Positions 12,165 through 25,765 are shown, counted from the first letter of the stretch. The stretch: DNA of 64,000 nt from Octopus vulgaris (GCA_951406725.2 OX597833.1:67952001-68016000), one strand, 5' to 3'. The notes: generated by a model not told the origin, from the letters alone. Numbers and translations are program-made.

Positions 12165-12236
12165 ATATTTTTTTTTATTTTTCAGGTAAGTTCACTGCGA
12201 TATTCATTATTATCCTCCTGTTCAGAAGCCGTGAGT
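12165..12236 (+). other. Candidate recursive splice site with a 45-nt cryptic exon (12186-12230)
   Basis: tttttttttatttttcag|GTAAGT ... agaagcc|GTGAGT. Confidence 0.5.
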
Positions 12237-12779
12237 GCACAATTCCTTTTTCTTTCTTATTTTGTAAATGCTATATCAAATTGGCGATTTGTTAAAATGA
12301 TACCAAACTGGGTTTCTATCACGAAAACCCTTTCTATATTGATTTATTAAGTTATATAAAACACAAGAGTTCCGGGTGTAACTTTACCAATGATCTGTTT
12401 AAGTATCGAGAAATTAAAAGGCAGCAATCAAATAGATATTTTGACAGATATGTCTCTAACCAGTGTCTTTGTAAACATTCTAAGTTCAAGTAATTTTTGA
12501 AATACTGTTCAGGTGTGAAATATAGAATATGGTACCCATCCCACTTCAAGCCGCTAATCAACTAATTTTGTACACAGTTATTAATGAATAATTTATTCAT
12601 AAATTACGCATACTTTTATATATATGTTGTGTAAATGAAATGCACACACGCAACTTTAGTTTTCTGTAAAAAATTCAATAAAGTGTTTCCCTGATGAAGC
12701 AATGTTGCTAAACATTGAAATGCATTTGTGATGTCCACTGCTGAGTTCCAAACAACCACAGTGATGAAATGTTCGTAGT

Positions 12780-12880
12780 TACAAATGATAGTAAGACATT
12801 TGCCCATTGTGCCACGAAGTGAAGCTAAACCCAAAACCATGTGACTGGGGAGTAAGGTTCCTATCATACAGCCACGCCTA
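12780..12880 (-). mobile_element. SINE-A head fragment
   Basis: agacatttgccc...aaccatgtgactgg...atacagccacgcct. Confidence 0.6.
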
Positions 12881-12961
12881 AATTTACGTGAAGAGAATGC
12901 ATGTAAGAGTGTATGAAATGTCTTTAGATGCACCACACATGAGATGGTCTTGTGGGATAAC

Positions 12962-13450
12962 TGTTACGGCCCGATAGACTCTTCACCCTTGCCGGCGCTC
13001 TCCGTCACGGACCGGTACCGATATATAAGTGACGAGCAGCGTTGTTGTCAATCTGATGAAGTAGGAAGCGGTGGGCGTTGCTGTGGTGGATGTCAAACGA
13101 CGAGGTCGAGTGGCTCGACAATGGAAGAAACACACGGACACACACTCACACACTTGAAAGGGGTTTGGGCGCTGGCTCTCCGGTAAGGAGCCGCTGAGAG
13201 AAAGAGAGACCATGGAGCAGAGGTAGCTGCGAAGCTTTCGATCAGCGCGGGGTGCCAACCAACGACTTCTTTTGCATGTTCCTTCATAATCATAAGAGGA
13301 ATGCTGTTGGCGTACCCACGTCCTCGTGGTCGATCAATCGTTCGCTTCAAAATCGAAATCAGTGGTGAATAGACGGGACGTATGAAGCCGATCAGAAATA
13401 CATAACCAGCAATGTTACTGATGATTGCAAAAGCTGACACCCACCTCACA
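12962..13450 (+). mobile_element. Possible solo or truncated LTR (about 490 bp, GC/CpG-rich)
   Basis: Starts TGTTAC and ends CTCACA, followed by tc-TGG (PBS-like start); TATATAAG at about 13022; AATACA about 50 nt before the end; no convincing TSD. Confidence 0.4.
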
Positions 13451-13499
13451 TCTGGTTTTTAGTGTTTGTGATTATTGGTTATGTGTTGCACTTTAATGC

Positions 13500-13564
13500 A
13501 TGTGTAGACGTATATGTAAACTATATACACATTATAAATATGTATGAATATATTTGTATGTATA

Positions 13565-13596
<32 letters not shown>

Positions 13597-13830
13597 CATG
13601 TGTATATATATATATACATGAGTATATATATATAGATGTACATATGTTTGTGTGCATATATATATATATCTTTGTATATAATGTGTATTTGTATGCATAT
13701 ATATTTATGGATTTGTATATATATATCTTTGTATATAATGTGTATTTGTATGCATATATATTTATGGATATATATATATTTGTATTCGTATATGTTTGTA
13801 TGTATATATATATATATAAGTTAATATACA
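13500..13830. repeat. (TA/TG)n compound microsatellite with an internal ~58-bp duplication
   Basis: Directly visible. Confidence 0.9.
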
Positions 13831-14642
13831 TATGCCGTCATTTATAGATAACTGCTTCCAAAGATAACATCCGACTTTTCTTGTATAAATCTGTCTGTAG
13901 ACGTCCATAAGACATGACATTTCTACAGAATCTTGTATACAACATGGCAGATTAATAATTTATGTCAGTGTATGTGGATTATCTTTTCGTGTTTTAGTTA
14001 CATAACACACACTGTATTCGTGTAAGTAAAGCGGCAGACAAATCGTTGTGTGATAAAACACCTGCACATGGAATGGAAATACATAAATATCCTGAAACAG
14101 CTTATGAGCATTACCTATTTGGTAAAGTTGTTATGAATAATATATTGAAACATATGTAGGAATATATGTGTGAGTGTGTGCGTGTGTCTGTGTGAAGGTA
14201 TGTTATACATGTATGTACATATATACATGTAAGTATGTAGGTTTTGCACATGCAGACACACACACATACCCGTATGTATGGTATATATATGTATGCATAT
14301 AATATATATGAAAACTATGCACACATACACTTATATATACAGACATATTTTTGAGCGTATATATCTATACACACATACAGTTATCTCTCAACATAAATAT
14401 TTATTGCGAATTGTATGTATGTAATATGCCAGAGTCTTTGTGTCGTTGCCGTATATTTGTCCTTGAAATATAACAATGCTTCTCAACTTACGTTTAAATT
14501 TATTTCACATCGACGTATCTCTGCTTCTCTCCTTAGTCTTATGTTGATGCTTAGTAGAAATAGATTAACATTAGGATTATTTCCAAACATGACATGAACT
14601 CATAAATCATTCTCTGAAGATCACTTCGTCGTATGACATATA

Positions 14643-14702
<60 letters not shown>

Positions 14703-15519
14703 CACGCGCTACTAGAGTTTCATAGAAGAGTTCGATGAAGGCCATTGTCATGCAGACAGACAAAAGAATCTAATTGTTCACACCTTAACGATTGACTAAT
14801 CTTTCGCACCAAGGCTCCTACCAAAGTGACAAGGCCAATTTAGTATGTAATTAGTCTAAATAAAATGTTATAATTTCCCTGTAGACAAGTATTGCACTTT
14901 ATGGAACAGTTAATGAAGAGAGTCGCGTGTATCAATCAATCTTATAATTGCTGATATACACACCCTTTCAATTCTACTGATATTCGGATATAGAAGTAGA
15001 CAGGCATTGTACGAGTTTCCATGCAGCTTGTACAATTATTTTGATTCGTGGTTATCCACAAGGAAGTCTTTAATCAGTTTAGTCATAGTTTCGGATGAAA
15101 TACGATTGAATTTGAATATATCATGGCTATTCAGTTAAATTGACGTGAAAGAGAAGGCTTTTGTGTGTCAGTAAAATAGTATTACCTTTATTTCTAATAC
15201 TTCTCGAAGCATTAAAGGACATGGAGCATGTTAAGCTCGACTTTATACAATTTATATCGAATATTTGACGGTATCTATACTCTATTAGGAAATATACTTC
15301 CTTCTAAGCATTTGGAAATGTCACTGTTCGAGTATATTGAACCATTGAAACTATAGGGTGGATTAAATCAGAAGACCTTACTTTCGTGTATTTGCACTTT
15401 TAAATATTTGTGTTATGCTTTATGCAACATCGAACGGAGAAGACAGCGTTATTAACTGATTATTTGTCATTCACATTCTAACACTTTTTCCTCTCCTGTC
15501 ACTCTCGCATTTTCTATGG

Positions 15520-15690
15520 TTTCCGCTTTTTACTCGTTAGATGGCGCCCATGTTGGGGCACGGTTTTTCAGAATATTAGTTGAACGAACTGACCCCAGTA
15601 CTTAGGTTTTTATAAGCCTGGAACTTAACCTACTGGTCACTTTTGCCGAACCGCTCCTTACTGAGACGGTTCTCAAGCAGTGGCGGATCA
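15520..15690 (-). mobile_element. Diverged SINE-A 3' half
   Basis: gaccccagtactt, ttttgccgaaccgct. Confidence 0.6.
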
Positions 15691-15709
15691 TAAGGGCACA
15701 CGCGCAACT

Positions 15710-15744
<35 letters not shown>

Positions 15745-15791
15745 GAAATATTAAAATTACTAAGTCTCTTTAAAAGAGATTACGATAACTA

Positions 15792-15842
<51 letters not shown>

Positions 15843-16153
15843 TAGTTTCAACGTATGTTCTTCACAACGTCTTTCAGCGCGAAGACACGAAACGAATACA
15901 AACCGTTTTTGCATTTGTTTTTTGTTTATTATTCGTCTGTGTTTTTGAGGTGTTTTCAACGTACAAAAAAAAAAAAAAATATATATATATTTATCGGATT
16001 TCTTGCATATCTTTCTATCATTCCTTGCTCATATACTTCGATACAAAAGTACAATAAGCATACACGAAATACAAAATCTTTACCATAAACAACAAAGATA
16101 TTTCCATTTTCCAAAATGCGTTTTTTTTTCCTCTGGCACTGATACACGTTACG

Positions 16154-16185
<32 letters not shown>

Positions 16186-17004
16186 GGAATCAAATTTTAA
16201 TAGATTTGCACTTTCGAATCCGTAAAATTTTGTTCGTTTATATTTAATCCCACAGGAAATATTTTTACTTTTCCTCGTTTCCATCTCTAAAAATGTTAGA
16301 AGAATTCTGCTTCATGCTATATATATATATATATCTGTGTGTGCTAGCTTTACAATAGCTGTTGCCAAGTTCTTTGTTACTTTACATTTATAATCAATGT
16401 ACTTTCAGTATGCTAAACATACATTTATATCATAAATGGTGATACATTTGCCCACGTGCATGTACATACATACACACACAAATATGAAGATATTAACAAG
16501 ATATATCCATATTATTTAAGTTCAGTACGAAATTGTTAAAAAATATTTAACAACTTCAAACAAAACTTGGGTTTATGAAACACACGCTCTGGAATTTATA
16601 AATGTGTGTGTGTGTGTGTGAATGTATGTGAATGCATGTATGTATAATGCATCGTAAATTTTTGATTGCACCTAAGAGATGCACTTCAGTTTCAGCTCGC
16701 AAATAGCAGAAATTTGAAATGTTGGCGAAGTATTTTTTATATAGCTCTCAGAAATTATTCCAGGGAATGAAATAAAAGAAAAAATAAGTTTTAGGAATAA
16801 AAGATTTCCTATTAAGAAAAACTGAGTTGAATTGCGTTCACCACAAAAGAAAGCCAAATATAGGTTCTTTTAGATTAGTCAATGTTGGTGACCTAAATGA
16901 AGCTATTTGTAGATCCTCAGAAGTAATGAATTTATAAATGATCTCAGACACATGGGTTATATAAAGGGATATTTAAGTATTGCTTTAAAATGACTGCGAA
17001 TGTA

Positions 17005-17115
17005 AAGTGGTCCAGTGGTTAGGTTACTTGGCTCACGATCCTAATGTAGTGGGTTCAATTAGCAGCAGCGCATTGTGTCCTTAAGTAAGACACGCTTTTT
17101 CGCATTGCTCCGGTT
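17005..17115 (+). mobile_element. Diverged SINE-C head
   Basis: tggtccagtggttagg...gggttcaatt...tgtgtccttaagtaagacac. Confidence 0.55.
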
Positions 17116-18669
17116 CATATTTAAATGTTTTTATTAAATTCATTCAGTTGTTAAACATAAATAGATAAATGTTAGAAAGAAATGGTTTTGATTTACTGTG
17201 AGGTGACTTTTGGCCAAGTCTTTATATAAAAAATTGAAATAAACTTCATTTTCCAATGTTTTACCAAAAATGAAAAACTTATTTGTCACTAGATGCGACT
17301 AATGTATTAGAAACACCAACATTGCTAGAAATAAGAGCTAAAATGCTGTAATGCTGCAGCCAAAGCACATAATTTTATACATACGACCTCGGACGATTAT
17401 ACTCCCTGTTTGAATATTTTTGAGGGATTCTCAATCCAGGCAAAATACTTTTAGTCCAGTGGGCTAACAACAGTCGAGTACTAAAGAATTCCACTTATTC
17501 TTATGGCAGGGTCTGGGGTTATATTTCACCATTCTGTATTGTAAATCCGTGGGTGTGCTCCAGATTCACTGGTTTTTACTCAGTGATGTACAAGACGAGG
17601 TATAAACAACGGTCATTACATAATTTCCTTTATTGCCTTATTTAAGATAAATACATTCACAAAATGACACACGCATGTATATACATATTATATACTTTCA
17701 TTCAGTCATGTCCCAGAGTTTGTGCTTTACGCGTCCAAGCTTGGAAGATTCTACATCATTAAACTGTTCTCTAGCAAATATTGTCTGTTAAGAGACTGAA
17801 TCTCTAACATTGTATAAATAATGCAGTCACTGTGTTTTTTTAATATACGAGATTTTGGGGGTTTTTTTTCCAACATATTTGACAGTAGGTTTATTGTGTG
17901 TGTGTGCTGGTGTGTGTCTGACTGCTTTTGAAAGGAGGGGCAAGCGTATACAATCCATATATTTCAGATAATTCGTTGATTTTCAATCTGATGAAAAACT
18001 CTGTTGCTGACAAGAATTTTCTCAATGTTTAGGGGTTCGTTCAAGCGAGGGCTTCATGCATTTCTTTTCTCTTGTACATTATTCACGGATAAATTCAATC
18101 AAGCCATGCATTCCGCTCAGTGCGAAACAAAACGATATATACAAACCACAGTGAAACGTCAACACAAAGAATACAAACACCGAAAGAAGCAAACCATAAA
18201 AAAACGCTAAACGGTTCCGAAAACTGTTTACAGCGAAATAACGTTGTTAAACGTGGCAGAAGCTTTCAAGAAATTGAAAGCTTGTCTCAATAAATGCATG
18301 GAAGAATTAGTAAAGTGTTTCATGTTTTAATTTAATGACTCTTGTTTTATATTTATTGTTGTTTTTTTTATTATTACATAGCGGTGCGTTCGCGGCGTAG
18401 TTGTTTTTCTTCTCTTCATTGTATTGTAACCACTTATTTCCATGTAAAACCAAAATAAATAGAATAAATATTTGAATAAACGATGCTTGTCAAAAAGGAT
18501 TTTCTTTGGTCTTGCAAAAATTATTAAGTGGGCGCTAATGTATATATTGTTGTGAGCCGACTAGAAATTTGAGTTAATTTAAAATTTACACTGGGGATGT
18601 CGGAATAACTAATAATTATTTGAGTTACCAACTCTAGTTAAGAAATGTACAGGAAAGACATCCATTAAT

Positions 18670-18897
18670 TTCTTCTTCTTCGCCTTCTTCGCCTTCGTTT
18701 TCTTCTTCTTCTTCTTTTTCTCCTTCTTCTCCTTCTCCTTCTTCTTTTTCTTTCTTCTTTTTCTTCTTCTTCTTCTCCTTCTTCTTCTTCTTCTCCTTCT
18801 TCTTTTTCTTTCTTCTTTTTCTTCTTCTTCTTCTTCTTGTTCTTCTTCTTGTTCTTCTCGTTCTTCTTCTTAGTAGTAGTAGTAGTAGTAGTAGTAG
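18670..18897. repeat. (CTT)n then (TAG)n trinucleotide repeat
   Basis: Directly visible. Confidence 0.95.
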
Positions 18898-19125
18898 CGA
18901 GTTGGTTGAATCGTTAAAACGCAAGGTGAAATGGCGAGCGGTATTTTTTTTTTTTTTTAATCAGTCATTCGTTCTGTGTTCAAATTCCGCTGAGATAAAC
19001 TGAGACTTTCATCCCTTCGAAGTTGATATAGAAGACGTACCAGTTGAATCCAGGGGTTGATGTAATCGACTTGCCTCGCTCCTCCTTCGAACTTACTGGC
19101 TACGTGCCAAATTTTGAAACCATTA
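18897..19125 (+). mobile_element. Diverged SINE-B
   Basis: gttcaaattccgc, tttcatcccttcga, ggggttgatgtaatcgact. Confidence 0.7.
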
Positions 19126-19246
19126 TTCTTATTCTTCTTATTATTATTATAAGATCTTCTTTCAATTTTGTTTCCGATTTTGCCGTATGTTTTCTTCGAA
19201 TTGGACAGAATATCTCTCATTGTTATTTGCGCTATACCTTGGCGCA

Positions 19247-19441
19247 CGCTGTACTCTTTCACCACAACTTTCTCTCACTCTGTCTACTTGTTTCTGTTGC
19301 ACCTGTATTTCAAAGAGCCAGCCTTGTCACACTGTGTGTCAGGTTAAACACCGCCAAGAATTACGTTAAGGGCACTGGTGTCTGTGGAGTGCTAAGCCAC
19401 GTACGAGCAAGCCTCGTCGTCGTAATCGACGGAGTGTCACG
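19247..19441 (+). mobile_element. SINE-D 3' portion (same family as 35035-35411)
   Basis: gctgtactctttcaccacaactttctctcactc...tgtctgtggagtgct...cgtcgtcgtaatcgacggagt. Confidence 0.8.
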
Positions 19442-19538
19442 ACATAGACAAGAATTGCATAAGAAAAAATGGGAAATGCCATTAGTTCAAACGACACACA
19501 CCAAGCCCCACGTATACATATACATGCATACATATACA

Positions 19539-19590
<52 letters not shown>

Positions 19591-20616
19591 CATATAGATA
19601 CGTAAGTAAATACAAATGGTGTTAATTTTTTTTTATATCTACGTCACACCAAGGATCCACTGGTATGTCGGGTCTACAGTTATAAATTGGATTTGATACT
19701 TGTACATATTCGGTTTTATGTTATCAGCTGCAGTCTATAATGTTCTATTTCATTGTGAGTTCTATACGACCGTACCTAGCCATTTTCGACACCCTCCAAG
19801 TTGATGCGACTTTATTCTTAAGCATCCTCAATCCTCGTAACCAAATTTCATATTTTATTGAAGGGTTATATTAGGTTGAAGAGATTTGCATATCTACTGT
19901 GTGTGAAATTTCATTCACAAAAAATTCTTAGACCAGTGGTTATCGCAAAAGAAAAAATGAATTGCTCAAGAGATGAAATTGAACACCGATCCATGAGAGT
20001 TCCAATGACAGCTTCTTAAACCAGCAATCTTGTCTTCATTTCTTAAACTACACGTTAATACTGACATCTATGGATTAAAAAACAAAGAACAACAGAAAAA
20101 TAAATTTAAAATATAGCAATAAATAAAAAAAAATGGAAAATATGAAGAAAAACCAAGTGGACAGATTCTATCGTCTGCTTCAATGAAATCCGCTTCATTT
20201 CCAAGTAATACAATGGCGCACACGATGATTTCTGATTTGCGTAGAGTGAAGCGGAAGAAAGCAATTTTCAGATTAATTTTACAGTGTGTAAGTTATATAA
20301 TTTCCCGTTTTAGTGCACGTATCTTATTTACACGTCAGGTAACTAACAACAGTATCACCTTCACTTATATATTATCACCTTCACTTATATATTAGTGCAT
20401 TAGAAGCCTTGTGTAGGGCACACACAAAAGCGTGCATCATGTATGCACATATATACACGCACGCCCAGCAGCTATTTATATGATAGAGATCCAAAAGAGA
20501 TTAACCTAACAAAATTCGAAGTTTTACATAACGATCAGTAGGGACAATAAATCTGCATGAAAGCAATCAATGCGTATACATTTAAAGTGTACACACGTAC
20601 ACACACATATACCTAC

Positions 20617-20659
<43 letters not shown>

Positions 20660-20661
20660 AT

Positions 20662-20885
20662 GGCGGCGAGCTGGCAGAAACGTTAGCACGCCGGGCTAAA
20701 TGCGTAGCCGTATTTCGTCTGTCGTTACCTTCCGAGTTCAAATTCCGCCGAGGTCGACTTTGCCTTTCATCCTTCCGGGGTCGATAAATTAAGTACCAGT
20801 CACGCACTGGGGTTGATGTAATCGTCTTAATCCCTTTGTCTGTCCTTGTTTGTCCCCACTGTGTTTAGCCCCTTGTGGGTAGTAA

Positions 20886-20889
<4 letters not shown>
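20662..20889 (+). mobile_element. SINE-B, full-length young copy inside (TA)n
   Basis: Near-identical to 1775-2005. Confidence 0.9.
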
Positions 20890-20925
<36 letters not shown>

Positions 20926-20928
<3 letters not shown>

Positions 20929-21107
20929 AGATCGTTAGCCACTACACATATTTGTTTCTCTCCTTGTTTTTTCTGTATCCCTTTCTGTAGAAGAGAGTAG
21001 GCTCGAAACGTAAAATACTTTTTCTATTCCTGAACGTTATACTAATGCATCTGTTTGTTTTGTACACCACCTGTCTTCGTCTTTTTTTTTGTTTTTTCGT
21101 AAACTCT

Positions 21108-21110
<3 letters not shown>
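20926..21110 (+). mobile_element. Penelope-like terminal remnant between (TA)n tracts, with hammerhead-like motif at 20981-21015
   Basis: Homologous to 37692-37885 (reverse); CTTT-CTGTAGA-A-GAGA-GTAG-GCTC-GAAAC-GTA-AAAT. Confidence 0.6.
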
Positions 21111-21155
<45 letters not shown>

Positions 21156-23588
21156 AAATAGTTAAAACGTATTAAGGATTAGGTATTGATAAAAATTGGC
21201 TACCTAAATTGTCCGGTGAAAGCTATTGTGGACCAAGTAAGACTTAAATTCATCTGCCGTTGCCTATCCAATTTGTATATCGGAAGTTCAAACACCGAAT
21301 AAATCCAAAATGAATTCACATAAAACTATAGAATACGGTTCCCCTCACCTCTTTACTAATAACTGCATACATAGGAATATGTTAAGAAATATTAAGTTTA
21401 GAGATGTAGTTGTAATGGAATGAATCAATCCGCTTAATTGTAATTAGTAGTAGCAATATTAAAGATGAGTGAAATAATGGCAATGGTAATAGTAATTAGT
21501 GATAATGATAATGATGAGGACAATAATTATCAGAGTTATAATGACAATATGAACAATGGTAATGGAAAAAGTAAAATGAATCTGAACTACGTTTCATGAA
21601 TACAGACCACGTGTATATCAAATGTTTCTTTTCATTATACAGAAGGGGTTCCCAGCTCATCTTGTAATATTGACAATGGATGGATTGGGAAATTTTCTGG
21701 ACGAAAAATTACTAGATAATTGGCTTAACCGGTTATATAATTGTAAAAACGATGAAGAATGTCCATTAGATAGTCAATGCTTAAGAAGAGCCTAGTTTCT
21801 AGATACACACTAACGACAGAGGAATATACTTACTTTAATGTAGGTTCCTGCATAATTGAGTTTAAGTGGAGGTCATATAATCACCTTTCTTCGTTTAAAT
21901 ATAAAGTACAGTAAAAAATAAACGAAAACTTCACTTCTTTCATCTCGTACCTAACATTACTGGAAAGAAGTATTAGAGATGATATCAAATGGGTTGTCAT
22001 AGGCAGTGCACTAACGTATAATGGAAGGAAACTAAAATGCAGCCTATGCCGCAGGGAGACATTACATATCCTTACATCCAAATCTAACATCTTAAATTAA
22101 AAAAAAACGATTTAATGTCAAAATGTGCACATTAAGAATTTTAAAATCTTCCCAAATAAATGGAGTACTAATTAGTGTACCATATAATTAATGTACCATA
22201 CTAAATAGTGTACCATAACTTGCATCTGCATTTCTCTGTCCAGTACAATTCGAATATTTAGCATACCTGGTATTATTTAGTAGATACAATAAAATTATTT
22301 CATCAACTTATTTATCTTAATTTTCTAATTATTGCTGTTAGTGCGTGTATTAATTTAATAAAGAATATTTGCGGTTGTTTAATTATTTCTAATTATCTGG
22401 AATTATTGTAAACATTCATTTCTATTTTAAATCTGTTAATAATCTTTTAAATTTTTTGTTTTCTTTATTTAACTTATTGTATCTTAATCATATTACAGCT
22501 ATTTAAATTTTAAAAATAAATTTTAAGAAAACTAATTTTTTAAAACAGAATAGAATGATACATTGATGATATTCCTTTGGAATTCTTATTAAGTTAATCT
22601 TTCTTCTAGTTATTATATTTTAAATTAATACTGAAGAAATAAAATTTACACCGTTCCTTGGTTCTACGTACCTTCTCCGCACATTTGAGTCAGTAATGAT
22701 TTTAAACAGAAATGTGGTGGGGATTTTTGCGATAAAACATATTTAAGTTGCCCGCTGGGATAGTTGGATCTATGTATCATAGGACAATTCTATCACGATC
22801 TGACAAATACCATTCCTAATCATGTCTGCTAAAAAATATCTCTTACACCCTATACTGATCTCTGTGATTGCTAGTTTTACTACTAATGCCATTCAAATGT
22901 TTGTTTTGTAATTCAAGAAGGATGATATACCTTTGATAGGATGGCGTTAAATTTCTCTAATTCTGTAGTATCTTAGTTCATCAAATAGCTCGATTAATAT
23001 ACATGATTAAAGCATCGAAAAAATTTTGAAAATTGCCAATCTATCTGAAACGTACATAAGCTGATTAAATGGTGCATGTTCCTCCTTCCCAATTTTGTGT
23101 TTATAAATATGTGTGTAGGTGTGCATATACGTATGAGTGTGTTTCAAATTGCACATGCCTAAATATGCAACTACATTAGCAAAATTTAGGAGCATATTTA
23201 CGTATAACTTATAAATAAAAGGACAAGAAAAAAAAACAGATTTTTATGTGTTTACGAATGAAATCTCTTCTAAATCTATCTGTAGTTAAAGTAAGATTTA
23301 AGTGGGTAATCGAAGTGCTTTAGATAGAAAACTGGTCGGCTATGCGTTCAGATATTCTCCCAGAACTTCAATGCCAGCTATGCAGTCAATGGTATATCGA
23401 TCCTCATCGATTCATTTCGAGCATTGTGCCAAAACAAAATCGGATAGTTTGCCATACCAACTAAAGAATTCTGATTGCATTGGTTTTTGTGTATGTACAC
23501 GAAGGTTTAAAGAAGCAAAGTCAATAAACTTTACAGACCACCGGGGAAAAATCTCAAACACTAATTCTCAGCGAAATAGCGGATGGAC

Positions 23589-23634
<46 letters not shown>

Positions 23635-24164
23635 GTACATAGTGATATAATGATTGGAGTGAAGGAGGTGGAGAGCAGAGTGAGTTGGAAAAAGCATAGG
23701 CGAAAGAGTAAAGCACAAAATTATCGATATATACATGACTACATTTAGATGACGCAGCAAACGTGAAAGTATGAAGACAGAATTCAAATGATGAGAAATT
23801 TTGTACTACATACACTTGTTTGTGTATAAATAACAGCGTCATAATATACATATATATACATATATATATATACACACATAACTTTACTAAATAACGAACT
23901 GAGGCAACTTAAAATATGGTGCTATGTAAACATATTTACTTCTAAAGTTTCGTGACTCAAGGGCGAAGAGTTTAACCTTTATAAAAGATTGAAATATATA
24001 CATATTTTAAATACGTATGTGAAAAGATATTTCCACAGCTATATAAAGAAGGAATTCACAAAATTTAAGCTAGTATTTGATAACTAGCTTGACCGAAGGC
24101 CTTGGTTATTGAGTCACTTCTGTAAACATGCAACCGAGTATGATTATACATTCATATAATATAT

Positions 24165-24350
24165 ATATACCTGTGACCTCAGATATATATATATATATAT
24201 ATATAAAAGAGGTCACAGGTATTTGACGAAACATTCACGGACAATCAGAACTGTAATAAACAAGTGAAGAACAAATATATGGTACGTGTGTTTATTTGGT
24301 ATAAGGAAAATTACACCTGCCTTCGTCTTTTGGCTTTCTTTGAAAAATCC

Positions 24351-24353
<3 letters not shown>
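24165..24353 (+). mobile_element. (TA)n-flanked Penelope-like remnant with a 13-bp inverted repeat
   Basis: tacctgtgacctc..(TA)n..gaggtcacaggta; shares the 3' motif cacctgccttcgtctttt with 21065 and 37718. Confidence 0.5.
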
Positions 24354-24398
<45 letters not shown>

Positions 24399-24404
<6 letters not shown>

Positions 24405-24692
24405 ACCGACCAGGCTATCAGATGTTGCTACACATGGCTGGTCACAATGCGCTTCGCATTGTTTTAACCTTCAAATAACGCCATCCCGCTGGCTAAGCGA
24501 GCAGGCCAACAGAGGAAAGAGTGAGAGAAAGTTGTGGCGAAAGAGTACAGCAGGGATCGCCACCAAACCCCCCTGCCGGAGATTCGTGGAGCTTTAGGTG
24601 TTTTAAACACTCACAATAAACACTCACAACGCCCGATCTGGGAATCGAAACCACGAGTCCGCTGCCCTAACCACTGGGCGATTGCGCCTCCA
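24399..24692 (-). mobile_element. SINE-D variant (tRNA head + central domain resembling the Ceph domain + tail 1)
   Basis: Head tggaggcgcaatcgcccagtggttagggcagc; centre shared with 35225-35411; different tail. Confidence 0.85.
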
Positions 24693-25209
24693 TATATCTA
24701 TATATATATATATGTGTGTGTGTTTATATATATGTATGTATATAGGAATATGTGTACGTACACACACATACGCAATCACACAATACACACTTGCATAGAC
24801 ACATGCAGGCGCGTCTTCCGAGTATATCGAACTAAATCTTACTGCAACAAGAACGAAGAATGAGCACAAAGCTCTCGCTTGACAAATTGTCTTCCAAAGC
24901 AGATAATCTTCGCTCTAACTCAAAAGAGAAACATGCGTTCATTTATATGCATTCGTCAGCATTTAATATCTACATTCCTATGAAAATCGTCATGTAGTAT
25001 TATAATTTATTCATATTTTACATATGGAAATCGTGAATAAATATTGCCTTCTTGATAGTTTTACAATAGCTCATGTATTGATTCTCTGCATTTCAGGTGG
25101 CGAAAGTGAGAAACTGTTTATCGGATAATCGGTTTTCTTGCAGATCTATATCAATAATTGGTGTATACATACATCAGCATATATACTGACACGCCAGCAA
25201 GCGCATACA

Positions 25210-25350
25210 AACGTGTGTATATAGATATGTGTATATATATATAGATATATGTGTATATATATATAGATATATGTGTATATATATATATATATATGTATGT
25301 GTATATATATGTGTATGTGTATATATATGTGTATGTATATATATATAATG

Positions 25351-25381
<31 letters not shown>

Positions 25382-25765
25382 GTGTATGTGTATATATAAT
25401 GTATGTGTATATATATGTGTATGTATGTATATATATATATATAATGTATGTGTATATATATATATATATATATATGTGTGTACGTGTATATATATAATGT
25501 ATGTGTATATATATATGTGTGTATATGTGTGTGTGTGTTTATGTGTATATGTGTGTGTATGCGTATATATATGTGCATGTGTGTATACATATATATATGT
25601 ATGTGTGTATATATATGTGCATGTATATATCTATCTATCTATCTATATATAATGTATGTGTGTGTGTGTATATATATATAATGTATGTGTGTGTGTGTAT
25701 ATATATATAATGTATGTGTGTGTGTGTATATATATATAATGTATATGTGTGTATGGATATGTATG
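25210..25765. repeat. (TA/TG)n compound microsatellite
   Basis: Directly visible. Confidence 0.95.

Noticed and set aside
13093-13449. 118-aa ORF in the GC-rich island
   Set aside because: No recognisable motif or splice signals; expected by chance in GC-richer LTR-like DNA
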